The notes under the pieces: model-generated
Databases searched by the model: none
Seen by the model: the letters and a program-made list of their open reading frames with translations, nothing else
What the model was told of the DNA's origin: nothing
Assembly: GCA_964603235.1 (NCBI GenBank)
Contig: CAZRUU010000001.1
Coordinates: 1 to 38,588 of the forward strand
Direction: 5' to 3'
DNA length: 38,588 nucleotides
From: an uncultured Syntrophaceae bacterium
Lineage (GTDB): Bacteria; Desulfobacterota; Syntrophia; Syntrophales; UBA2210
Made by a program: the position numbers and the translations under genes
Shown: positions 17,310-25,724 of the stretch, piece by piece
Layout: every line of letters begins with the position of its first letter
Position numbering within the stretch: position 1 is the stretch's first letter

Positions 17310-18422
17310 TTACAGAAGAGCATCAACCGGTACATACTCAAGCCCAAAAGCATCGGCAACACCCTTGTAGGTTACCTTGCCTTTTACCACATTGGCGCCC
17401 TGTTTGATTGCCGGATTTTCTCTAAAAGCGCCTTTCCATCCCTTGTTTGCGATTTCCACCGCGTATGGCAAAGTGGCATTAGTAAGGGCCCGTGTCGATG
17501 TCATGGATACGGCACCCGGCATATTGGCCACGCAGTAATGAATCACTCCGTCCACGGTGAAAACAGGATCCGTGTGTGTGGTGGGTGTTGATGTCTCGAA
17601 GCAACCGCCCTGATCTATGGCGACATCCACCATGACAGAACCTTTTTTCATGGTCTTTAACATGTCCCGGGTCACAAGTTTCGGCGCCTTGGCTCCAGGA
17701 ATAAGAACTGCCCCCACCACTAAATCAGCTTCCTTTATGAGCTTGCGAATTGTAACCGGTTTTGACATGAGCAGAAAACAGTTTTTCGGCATTACATCGC
17801 TCAGATAGCGTAACCGGGGAAGACTGTTGTCTAGAAGGTAAACTTTAGCGCCAAGGCCGCATGCCATCTTTGCGGCATTGGTTCCTACGATTCCGCCTCC
17901 AATGATGAGCACGGTGCCCGGATCAACGCCCGGAACTCCGCCCAGTAGAACTCCGGAACCGCCACGTGACATTTCAAGATACCTGGCTCCTTCCTGGACT
18001 GACATGCGTCCCGCCACCTCGCTCATGGGATTAAGGAGGGGCAGAGATCCATCTTTCTCCCGTATGGTTTCATAGGCTATGTTCACAGATCCGCTCTGGA
18101 GGAGGTATCTGGTCAGTTTTTCATTCGCGGCAAGATGGAGGTACGTGAAGACAATCTGACCATCCCTGATAAATTTATATTCCGACGGTATCGGCTCCTT
18201 GACATGCATTACCATTTCTGCGCGTTCGTAGATTTCCGCGGGGGATTCCACTATCTCTGCTCCGGCATTTACGTAAACTTTATCCGTGAATCCGCTCTTT
18301 ATTCCGGCCCTTTTCCCCACGAGAACGGTATGACCGTTCTGTTTCATCACTTCGACCCCTCCAGGGGTCATCGATACCCTGTTCTCTTCGGCCTTTATTT
18401 CTTTGAGAATTCCAACAATCAT
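17310..18422 (-). CDS. ald: L-alanine dehydrogenase
   Basis: 370 aa. N-terminus [23 protein letters not shown] and NAD fold [28 protein letters not shown] are characteristic of Ald. RBS AAGGAG. Confidence 0.9.
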   Translation of the reverse strand: MIVGILKEIKAEENRVSMTPGGVEVMKQNGHTVLVGKRAGIKSGFTDKVYVNAGAEIVESPAEIYERAEMVMHVKEPIPSEYKFIRDGQIVFTYLHLAANEKLTRYLLQSGSVNIAYETIREKDGSLPLLNPMSEVAGRMSVQEGARYLEMSRGGSGVLLGGVPGVDPGTVLIIGGGIVGTNAAKMACGLGAKVYLLDNSLPRLRYLSDVMPKNCFLLMSKPVTIRKLIKEADLVVGAVLIPGAKAPKLVTRDMLKTMKKGSVMVDVAIDQGGCFETSTPTTHTDPVFTVDGVIHYCVANMPGAVSMTSTRALTNATLPYAVEIANKGWKGAFRENPAIKQGANVVKGKVTYKGVADAFGLEYVPVDALL

Positions 18423-18475
18423 TGCATACTCCTTCAGGATGGATATGTCTAATCTATAAGAATATTATTAAAGAG

Positions 18476-18498
18476 CTTCCGGGGCGCATTTCCCGAAG
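18476..18498 (-). terminator. Weak terminator-like hairpin between phnW and ald
   Basis: The minus strand reads CTTCGGG aaatgcg CCCCGGAAG (7 bp with a 1-nt bulge), followed by the U-rich tctttaataatattctt. Confidence 0.3.
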
Positions 18499-18573
18499 GC
18501 AGTCGGTACCAGGGATCACTGAACGGCTAAAATACCATGGAGTTTGTTCCGAGTTCCCGTCAGTTAGTATCTG

Positions 18574-19695
18574 TTACCAGAACATGGATTCTTCTATTGC
18601 CTTTAAGAGTCTTTTTATATCTTCAGGGTAGATGTCGCCAATGTTTCCGATCCTGAACGTATCGAGCTTTGTCACTTTGCCCGGGTAGATAACGAAACCC
18701 TTCTCTTTCAGTTTGTCATAGAATTTCTTAAAGTTGTACTTTTCGCTTTCGGGGCTGTAGAAGGATGTAATAATCGGTGACTGGAACTCGTCGGGCAGAA
18801 GAGTTTTGAATCCAAGTTTTCTCATTCCTTCGACCAGGATCTTCTGGCTGGTGCTGTATCGCTCGTGCCTCTTTTCAATTCCTCCCTCTTCTTCCAGTTC
18901 CAGCATCGCCTGGCAAAATGCCCTTACAACGTGGGTGGGAGAGGTGTACCGCCACTTGCCTCTGTCCGCTTCCATCATCTGCCACTGGTCATAGAGATCA
19001 AGGGAGAGCGAGCGGGCGTATCCCTTAATCTTTGTCATTTCCTCTTTCCTGGCGATGATAAAACCAAAGCCCGGAACTCCCTGGATACATTTGTTTGAGC
19101 TTCCAACACAGTAGTCGATGTTCAGGTCGGAAATATCCATAGGGACTCCACCGAAACTACTTATGGTGTCGGTAAAGTATACCTTCCCGTATTTTTTTGC
19201 TATCTCGCCTATCTTATTTATGGGATTGATCATACCCGTAGTCGTTTCACAGTGTACAACGGCAACGTGAGTTATATCCCTGTCTTCCTTCAGGGTTGAT
19301 TCAAGCTTTTCCAAGTCGGGCTTTGCCAGTTCCCCGCTGTTATGAACGATGGTGTTTATCTTGAGGGTTTTAGAGATCAGGGCGATCCTGTCTCCGTAGG
19401 CGCCGTTTGCGAGAACGAGAAGCTTGCCCTCGGGAGGGATTATGGAACCGATAATCGATTCAACGGAAAAGGTGCCGCTACCCTGCATAAGAGTGATTGT
19501 GTATTCTTCAGTTTTCTTCGTGGCCAGTGCGAGGAGCTTTGCCCGCAAATCTTCCACCAAGGTCTTGTAATCATCGTCCCAGGTGCACCAGTCTCTCAGC
19601 ATAACGGCCTTTACCGTTTTACTCGTCGACAATGGTCCCGGTGTCAAAAGTAAATAGGGATTATCTGGTATGTATTTTGTATCCATTGTATCCAT
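18574..19695 (-). CDS. phnW: 2-aminoethylphosphonate:pyruvate aminotransferase (class-V PLP enzyme)
   Basis: [30 protein letters not shown] and PLP-lysine context [16 protein letters not shown] fit PhnW. I prefer the ATG at 19695 (RBS AAGGAGG 6 nt upstream) to the GTG at 19791 in the ORF track. Confidence 0.8.
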   Translation of the reverse strand: MDTMDTKYIPDNPYLLLTPGPLSTSKTVKAVMLRDWCTWDDDYKTLVEDLRAKLLALATKKTEEYTITLMQGSGTFSVESIIGSIIPPEGKLLVLANGAYGDRIALISKTLKINTIVHNSGELAKPDLEKLESTLKEDRDITHVAVVHCETTTGMINPINKIGEIAKKYGKVYFTDTISSFGGVPMDISDLNIDYCVGSSNKCIQGVPGFGFIIARKEEMTKIKGYARSLSLDLYDQWQMMEADRGKWRYTSPTHVVRAFCQAMLELEEEGGIEKRHERYSTSQKILVEGMRKLGFKTLLPDEFQSPIITSFYSPESEKYNFKKFYDKLKEKGFVIYPGKVTKLDTFRIGNIGDIYPEDIKRLLKAIEESMFW

Positions 19696-19844
19696 TGTAC
19701 GCCTCCTTGATTTGATCTTTATGCTGACACCGGTGTAAACGACCCGACCTTCACAACGGGCAGCTATTAAAACGTATGTATTACAAGCCACGTAATATCG
19801 TATGAACCCTGAAGCATATTGTGGCTGCTCTTTTATGGTATGAA

Positions 19845-19881
19845 ATCATATCTCTGTAGAAATATAAGTCAAACTAATAAT
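19845..19881 (-). promoter_or_regulatory. Candidate sigma70 promoter of phnW (-35 TTGACT, 16-nt spacer, -10 TATGAT) within the shared 22-nt module
   Basis: The minus strand reads ATTATTAGTTTGACTTATATTTctacagagaTATGAT. 19860-19881 is identical to 4066-4087. Confidence 0.55.
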
Positions 19882-19908
19882 AATCATGGCTATAATGACT
19901 CTATGTTA

Positions 19909-21156
19909 TTATGAAAATCCATAGGTCTTCTGTCTACTCTCAGGTATAAGCAAAACAGCTAAGATGCCCAGCGCCGCCAGAAAACTAAGCAGAAAAAAGA
20001 CTGATGTATATGATCCGAAGGCGTCGATGAGAATACCTGTCAGAAACATGGCGCACATGCTCCCCAGATGTCCCCCTGCCTCAAGAAAGCCGGACGCGGT
20101 TCCTGTTAGATCTGGTGAAAGTATGTCCAGTTCCAGCGCGAAGAAAAGAGTCCCTATGGTCTGGTCGAAAAAACCGATGCCTGCTATGAGCATGAGTACG
20201 ATAATTAAGTTGTCGGAAAGGGCCAGAAGGGCGGTGAATATGAGGATCATGAATAATCCCACCAGAATAACGGGTTTCCTTCTCCCTTTGAGGGTGATGT
20301 CCGACAGATAGCCACCCAGGGGTCGCGCTATGATGCCCATAAGGGGATAGATGCTCGCGCAGAGACCGGCCGAAACGACACTGAGGCCGTGGAATTCGTA
20401 GAGATACGAGGGGATCCATACGAGGCTGCAGTACGTTATATAGCTATGACAGGAGAATCCCAGGCAGGCCAACCTCGTCGGTCCGTTTGAAATGACGGCA
20501 AAGAACCTGTTTTTTCTTTGTAACGATACACCTTCTGGTCTCTCGCTGGGGTTGTACTCCCCGGTAATTATGCCGGAGCTGTCAGGGTGATCGGTTACAA
20601 GAAGACGGAAAATGACAAGGCCGGGGACCATGATAAGAGACGATACTATGAATACGATCCTCCAGCCGAATCTGTGGCCGACATACCCTGAGAGCAGATA
20701 GGCAAGAACGGTAAAAGCGGAGGTGCAGGTGCAGAATATTCCAAGGGCGCGCCCTCTTTCGGAAGCGGGAAACCAGTCGTTGAGAAGCTTGATGCTCGGG
20801 CTGAAACCACAACCCTGTCCAAGACCGTTTACGCTCTGGAGGCCAATGAGGAATCCAAGTCCTGTACCGGCGCTGAAGAGGGCATTTGCTACTAATGATA
20901 AAAAGCCGCCGGTGATGATAATCTTTCTGGAACCAAAAATATCGCTCAGATAACCCGCAGGGAGTTGCGCTATGGCATAGAAGGCAAAAAAGGTGGTGCT
21001 GATGAGACCGATCTGGGTGTGCGTGAGATGCAGATCCCTCATCATTAAGGGAATAACCGGCGCCAGGTTAAGCCTGTTCAGGTAATAACACCCGTAAACG
21101 AGCCAAAGAACAGCCAGGACCTTGTAACGGGGCTGATATTGGAGTTTTGAGAACAT
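19909..21156 (-). CDS. MFS transporter, organophosphate:phosphate antiporter-like (GlpT/UhpT/PgtP family)
   Basis: 415 aa. YYLNRLNLAPVIP, NGLGQGCGFSPSIKLLNDWFPASERG and TGTASGFLEAGGHLG parallel the GlpT motifs [38 protein letters not shown] and AGTAAGFTGLFGYLG (from memory). Confidence 0.75.
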   Translation of the reverse strand: MFSKLQYQPRYKVLAVLWLVYGCYYLNRLNLAPVIPLMMRDLHLTHTQIGLISTTFFAFYAIAQLPAGYLSDIFGSRKIIITGGFLSLVANALFSAGTGLGFLIGLQSVNGLGQGCGFSPSIKLLNDWFPASERGRALGIFCTCTSAFTVLAYLLSGYVGHRFGWRIVFIVSSLIMVPGLVIFRLLVTDHPDSSGIITGEYNPSERPEGVSLQRKNRFFAVISNGPTRLACLGFSCHSYITYCSLVWIPSYLYEFHGLSVVSAGLCASIYPLMGIIARPLGGYLSDITLKGRRKPVILVGLFMILIFTALLALSDNLIIVLMLIAGIGFFDQTIGTLFFALELDILSPDLTGTASGFLEAGGHLGSMCAMFLTGILIDAFGSYTSVFFLLSFLAALGILAVLLIPESRQKTYGFS

Positions 21157-21270
21157 TTATATTTTTGTACAAATAAAAACCGGATATGTAAAGCCGAAAA
21201 TCCCATTCAACCCATCTGCCGACAGAACCAGTTGATTATTATTACTCCGGTAATAATATATGTCAAGGTT

Positions 21271-21358
21271 GTCTTTCCGGCGAAAGCCGGAATCCAGAAT
21301 GAATTTGACTGGATGCCGGATCAAGCCCGCCATGACGATTGCTGTTTTTAATCGCCGG
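21271..21358. repeat. REP-like composite element (CTTTCCGGCGAAAGCCGGAATCCAG ... CTGGATGCCGGATCAAGCCCGCCATGAC)
   Basis: Two hairpin modules of the same family as 7949-8085. The 82-aa ORF at 21157-21405 is their translation artefact (VMAGLIRHP...LDSGFRRKD). Confidence 0.65.
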
Positions 21359-21429
21359 AGCAATAATGATCCAGGTGGCAACGGGAACCGATTCCGGCAT
21401 CTCATAAAGTACGTAACTCTTCGGCATGG

Positions 21430-22086
21430 TTAGTTATTTGAGTCCAAGAGGCGAAGCAATTCGTTGGAGGCATCCAGCACTGTCTCATATATCCCATGCG
21501 CTCCGGAAAAATCACCGTCCATTGTCAGCCTGTTGGGGATTACTATGCATCTGATCCCCGCCGCGATTGCCGCTCTGAGGCCGCGTTCCGAATCCTCTAC
21601 GATTATGCAACGCTCTTTTTTGAAACCGTTTTTTACGATTGCGGTGAGAAAGGGATCGGGGTCCGGTTTGGAGTGTTCGTAATCCTCACGGGTCAGCACA
21701 AAATCAAAATACGGCAGGAGTCCAGTGGCGGCATGAATAATGTCAAAGTGTTCCTTCCGGGAGCTCGTTACCACACCCATAGACACCCTGCCCTGAAGTA
21801 AGCGGAGCGTATGCCCGACACCGTCTATCGGTCGAACACCGCTCCGCAGCAGGTTGCTGTAGAGTCGATTACGTTTCTGACGGAGACGATAAATCTTCTC
21901 CGCTGTTACACCCCTTTCGGCGGCAAGATCGAAGCAACTACGACCCTGCTTCAGGGAAATCATCTTGAACAGCTTCTCGGTCAGTTCGATCCCCGCCCCG
22001 GAGAGGGCCTCTTTCGTTGACTCATAGTATAGCTTTTCCGTGTCGACAAGGACACCGTCATTGTCCCACAAGATCGCTTCCAGCAT
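21430..22086 (-). CDS. HAD-superfamily subfamily IA phosphatase (not a PhnX-type phosphonatase)
   Basis: 218 aa. Motif I DNDGVLVDTE, motif II VVTSS, motif III KPDPDPF, motif IV EDSERG. The nucleophile motif is the generic DxDG, not the DxAGT of phosphonoacetaldehyde hydrolase. Confidence 0.8.
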   Translation of the reverse strand: MLEAILWDNDGVLVDTEKLYYESTKEALSGAGIELTEKLFKMISLKQGRSCFDLAAERGVTAEKIYRLRQKRNRLYSNLLRSGVRPIDGVGHTLRLLQGRVSMGVVTSSRKEHFDIIHAATGLLPYFDFVLTREDYEHSKPDPDPFLTAIVKNGFKKERCIIVEDSERGLRAAIAAGIRCIVIPNRLTMDGDFSGAHGIYETVLDASNELLRLLDSNN

Positions 22087-22104
22087 GTGTATCCGTTGTT
22101 TTCC

Positions 22105-23496
22105 CTAATCCCTGCCCCACTTCTTCAGATACGGGCCTAACAGTTCCTCCTCAGTGGGAACATGATAGTTCTCGATCGGCTGAGCGAGATTAGTATAATT
22201 CAGGAATTGCTTCCAGTTGACGTTCTGGCTGGTGATGTTGCCGGCCCATGTGCCGCACCCGAGGGTATCGGTAAATGCATTACCGCTGAACCAGGCGCCG
22301 CTGTTTGCCGCGCCGTGAGGCATATTGCAACAGACTCTTCCCACGTTTGCCTTGATGGCGAGTTCCATCATCCTGTCCTGACGAGTGGAGTGGATTGCAA
22401 TTGAATGTCCTTCGCCACAGAATTTGTGCATCTTTTTCGCTCGTTCAACCATCTCGCTGAAATCCGACCATTTCCATACGGTGAGCACGAGAGATATTTT
22501 TTCTCCGGAGAATCTGTCTTCAGGACCGATCTTTTCTCCCATGACCATGAGGCAGCGTGTGCCTTCGGGTATATCTATGCCAGCCATTTTTGCAGGATAT
22601 TCAACAGGCCTTGCCACACAGTCTCGGTTCAAAACTGTTCCCTCCGGCCACATCCATTTCCGAAGTCTCTCACGTTCTTCCGTGGTGCACAAGTAAGCGC
22701 CCTCTGCTTTCAGGCAGCCCATCATCTCGTCGAAGACACTTTCTTCAATGGCTACAGCGTTTTCCGAGGAACATGACGCAGAGTTATTGGCACATTTAGA
22801 TTTCATAATCTTGTTGGCGGCAGCTTTAAAATCAGCTGTAGAATCCACCATGGATATGACATTACCCGCACCGACCGTCTGTGCTGGTTTTCCGGCTTTA
22901 TAAACTACCTTGACCAGAGCCTCTCCACCGGTCGCAACAGCATAATCACAACTTGCCATGAGTTGCTGCGTCTTCTCATTAGTGGGCTGCTTGACGCACT
23001 GCATCAGGTCTTCAGGAGCACCAATTTTCTTCAGGGCCTTTCTGCCAAGTTCTACAGTCATGTATGAGCTTTTAGGCGTTCTCGGATGGGGAGACACGAT
23101 CATTGCGTTTCTTGTTTTTAATATACTAAGACCAAGTGCAGTAATAGTTGACTCGGGGTTTGTACAGGGCACCACATTAGCAATAACACCGATCGGCTTG
23201 GCCAGAATCTTGAGATTCTTTTCCGGTATATCTTCAACAACACCGCACGTCTTAACACCCTTTTGATCCCAGAGAGTGCCGAGACATTTATCCTTGATCT
23301 TGCCTAACTTGTCCTCGTAGCGGCCGATGCCGGATTCATCAACGGAAAGGTGTGCAAGAACCTTTCTGTTCTCCTCTTTCGACCACTCCCAGGCTGCTGC
23401 CTGGCACATCTCGTCGACTTTTTCCTGCGGCCAGAATTCGACGATTTCAAAGGCCTTCCGCGCCCTCTTGTACATTTCTTGAATGTTGTCTTCCAT
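22105..23496 (-). CDS. CoA-acylating aldehyde dehydrogenase (AdhE N-domain/EutE/PduP/SauS family)
   Basis: 463 aa. Catalytic Cys context KCANNSASCSSENAVAI. The C-terminal TLGCGTWAGNITSQNVNWKQFLNYT parallels AdhE LGCGSWGGNSISENVGPKHLIN. RBS GAGGAGG. Confidence 0.85.
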   Translation of the reverse strand: MEDNIQEMYKRARKAFEIVEFWPQEKVDEMCQAAAWEWSKEENRKVLAHLSVDESGIGRYEDKLGKIKDKCLGTLWDQKGVKTCGVVEDIPEKNLKILAKPIGVIANVVPCTNPESTITALGLSILKTRNAMIVSPHPRTPKSSYMTVELGRKALKKIGAPEDLMQCVKQPTNEKTQQLMASCDYAVATGGEALVKVVYKAGKPAQTVGAGNVISMVDSTADFKAAANKIMKSKCANNSASCSSENAVAIEESVFDEMMGCLKAEGAYLCTTEERERLRKWMWPEGTVLNRDCVARPVEYPAKMAGIDIPEGTRCLMVMGEKIGPEDRFSGEKISLVLTVWKWSDFSEMVERAKKMHKFCGEGHSIAIHSTRQDRMMELAIKANVGRVCCNMPHGAANSGAWFSGNAFTDTLGCGTWAGNITSQNVNWKQFLNYTNLAQPIENYHVPTEEELLGPYLKKWGRD

Positions 23497-23510
23497 GGTA
23501 TTTCTTACCT

Positions 23511-23562
23511 CCTCAAAAAAAGATTAAAGATACGGCCGACGGCTCACGCCTTCAGCCGTATC
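23511..23562 (-). terminator. Terminator/attenuator-like hairpin plus U-tract between the citrate-synthase-fold genes and the aldehyde dehydrogenase gene
   Basis: The minus strand reads GATACGGC tgaaggcgtgagccgtcg GCCGTATC (8-bp outer stem), followed by TTTAATCTTTTTTT and then the RBS of the aldehyde dehydrogenase gene. Confidence 0.4.
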
Positions 23563-23634
23563 GAGTACGTGACATTGCTACAATGCTGTATGGAATCATC
23601 CCCGTATGGAGGAATAACCCATTTTTGTGTTCAA

Positions 23635-24657
23635 TTACTTTTTCCCCTGCTTCTTTAGAGAATCACGGGGGTCAACAACATCTTCAATGATGCGCCAGCC
23701 CGTTCCGTACATCTTCTGCTTTTCTTCGAAACCTTTTTTCCATTCTTCGGGTGTCTTATACTCAACAGCAGAAGCAACTTTCTTCCTTTCCTCGAGGGTG
23801 GGTATCGACCGATCTTCCGGTCCATCATAGTCCTCTTTCGGGGTAAGGTCTTCACCGAATCTCCGTTGGGGTTCCCTCTCTACTTCCTCACACCAGTGAG
23901 CACCAGCCCCGAACGACCTGGTAATCGCCACAATGACCCATGTGGCGTCAGAGGAAAATCCCAGGTCCATCATGATAGCCCCAGTGGCTCCAAGCATATC
24001 GAGGTCAACGGGTTTGTCGCTAAGCTTCTGGGCTGCCGCCACTACTTCCTTCATGAAGGCAATGTATTTGCCGGAAACTCCCAGTTTTTCTGCCCGGGCA
24101 ACAGCCCTCTTGGCGGCCGGATCCTTCAGCATCAAATCGGAGACACCGAGGTGAACCGCGTCAAGATGTTCCTTTGCAAGCAATTCAGCAGCTTCTGTGG
24201 TTGTTTTTCCCTCGTTCTCCACCAGGGCGAGATACGTATCGAGCATCTTCCCGAAGGCGTCAAAAGCGCCATATGCGTGGCCAAAGGCGAGTATGGAAGC
24301 CCCGCATGCCTGGGTGAGGAGAGTGGTACTGCTTCCCGCGATCCGTGCAATTGCCGCGGGTGAAGACAGACCGTCATCAAGAGAAAGAACCATGAGGTAG
24401 TTCAGCATCTGAGTTTCTTCTATAAGGGGAATCCGTGCCTGGAAGTCAACGAAGATAATATCGGGAAGCCCGTATCCCGATTCAACCAGTTCGGTGGTGT
24501 CATAGCCCCTTGTCACAATACGGTGAACGTTTTTGTAGGCAACCTCGGAAACCCACTGGAAAGGATCCCGCTTCTTGTCCTGAGGAACAGTGCCCCGCTC
24601 CCTCTTTGAATAATCAAAATTTAACCTTGGATCATCTAAGTTACCTATAACACCCAT
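23635..24657 (-). CDS. Citrate-synthase-fold protein, citryl-CoA-lyase-like, subunit A (divergent active site)
   Basis: About 340 aa. VTRGYDTTELVESGYGLPDIIFVDFQARIP, LSLDDGLSSPAAIARIAGSS...AFGHAYGA and VDLDMLGATGAIMMDLGF follow the citryl-CoA lyase/citrate synthase small-form layout. I prefer the ATG at 24657 (RBS AAGGAGGG) to the GTG at 24666. The start overlaps the upstream paralog by 13 nt. Confidence 0.7.
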   Translation of the reverse strand: MGVIGNLDDPRLNFDYSKRERGTVPQDKKRDPFQWVSEVAYKNVHRIVTRGYDTTELVESGYGLPDIIFVDFQARIPLIEETQMLNYLMVLSLDDGLSSPAAIARIAGSSTTLLTQACGASILAFGHAYGAFDAFGKMLDTYLALVENEGKTTTEAAELLAKEHLDAVHLGVSDLMLKDPAAKRAVARAEKLGVSGKYIAFMKEVVAAAQKLSDKPVDLDMLGATGAIMMDLGFSSDATWVIVAITRSFGAGAHWCEEVEREPQRRFGEDLTPKEDYDGPEDRSIPTLEERKKVASAVEYKTPEEWKKGFEEKQKMYGTGWRIIEDVVDPRDSLKKQGKK

Positions 24658-25541
24658 TTTTTCCACCCTCCTTCCTCTTTCTGTTTCTTAGCGTATTCCT
24701 GTCTCTCTGCCTGGCTTGGGACTTCTCTGTCCTCGGGGCCCACGTATTTTATCATGGACAAATCGAGCATCTGTACCATAGGTTCCCTTTTCGACGCGGC
24801 CCAGGCGCGGCCTTTTTTCATCTGATAGAGGGCATGAGCTGCACAGCTGTATCCCCTGGTGACGCATCCGATACACCAGGCGGCATTGGGTGCGAACCCT
24901 ATCTCGGCAAGGGCGGTATTCCCCGCTCCGATCATATTGACAGCTACATAGGATTTACCCTCTCTTTTCCTCCGCGCATTGAAGTGCTTCTCTATCGACC
25001 TTTGAAGTTCCAGGTACACACCGTTTATACCCAGCTGTTCGTGCTTGATATGCGTCGGCTCGGCCCGGGGGTCCCCATCGAGATGCTGTGGCTGTCCCAT
25101 GCCCATAACGGCGAAACCGGCATCCATGTGCTCATCAACGAGAATCTTGCCCATTTCCTCCAGGGATATGCCCTCCACACGGGCACGTTCGATGTACTTA
25201 TGCATCATGTATCCGTGGGCAGCTCCCGGTCCATGGGCACTGCCAAAGGTCGAGACGGCGGCCGCGGCTGCGGCCGTAATACTGGGTCTTCCACTGATTA
25301 CCCCGAAGGCTGATGCCGCAGAGGGCGACATGGAATGTTCCAGGAATTCTCCCATTTCATATTCGAGCATTTTTTCCTCTTCCTCGGTGGGAAGCCTCTG
25401 CTGAAACAGGACAAACATAGCGTCGCAAAAGGTATATCCGGCCTCTGCCAGATCGCTTACGTTATAGCCACGTAAGACGGTCTTTTCTTCTGTCTTGTAG
25501 GAAATTGATGTCTTCCTGCGGAAGAATGGTTCTCTATTCAT
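24645..25541 (-). CDS. Citrate-synthase-fold protein, citryl-CoA-lyase-like, subunit B (divergent active site)
   Basis: 298 aa. TSISYKTEEKTVLRGYNVSDLAEAGYTFCDAMFVLFQQRLP, LEHSMSPSAASAFGVISGRPSITAAAAAAVSTFGSAHGPGA, VMGMGQPQHLDGDPRA and AVNMIGAGNTALAEIGF are collinear with citryl-CoA lyase motifs. RBS GGAGGAG. Confidence 0.7.
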   Translation of the reverse strand: MNREPFFRRKTSISYKTEEKTVLRGYNVSDLAEAGYTFCDAMFVLFQQRLPTEEEEKMLEYEMGEFLEHSMSPSAASAFGVISGRPSITAAAAAAVSTFGSAHGPGAAHGYMMHKYIERARVEGISLEEMGKILVDEHMDAGFAVMGMGQPQHLDGDPRAEPTHIKHEQLGINGVYLELQRSIEKHFNARRKREGKSYVAVNMIGAGNTALAEIGFAPNAAWCIGCVTRGYSCAAHALYQMKKGRAWAASKREPMVQMLDLSMIKYVGPEDREVPSQAERQEYAKKQKEEGGWKKWVL

Positions 25542-25724
25542 ATCTACTCCTCCTTCTATGGTTTTTTTCTTTTCTCAAGCATCAGAGGCAAACAGACCTC
25601 TGTACTTCTGATTTTAACTGTCTGTAATATATATATTTAAGCACGTATATGCTCCCATACCCTGAACCGTTCTTGCCGGTCCGGACACGATGATGGTAAG
25701 TTAAAGAAGCCTCATATATAAATC

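Noticed and set aside
21157-21405. 82-aa ORF (…VMAGLIRHPVKFILDSGFRRKDN…)
   Set aside because: It is the translation of the REP-like hairpin element and lies intergenically between the HAD and MFS genes.
21430-22086. HAD hydrolase as the missing phosphonoacetaldehyde hydrolase PhnX
   Set aside because: The nucleophile motif is DNDGVLVDTE (generic DxDG). PhnX and its closest relatives have DxAGT and are about 260 aa with a Schiff-base Lys in the cap. This 218-aa protein looks like an ordinary subfamily-IA phosphatase.
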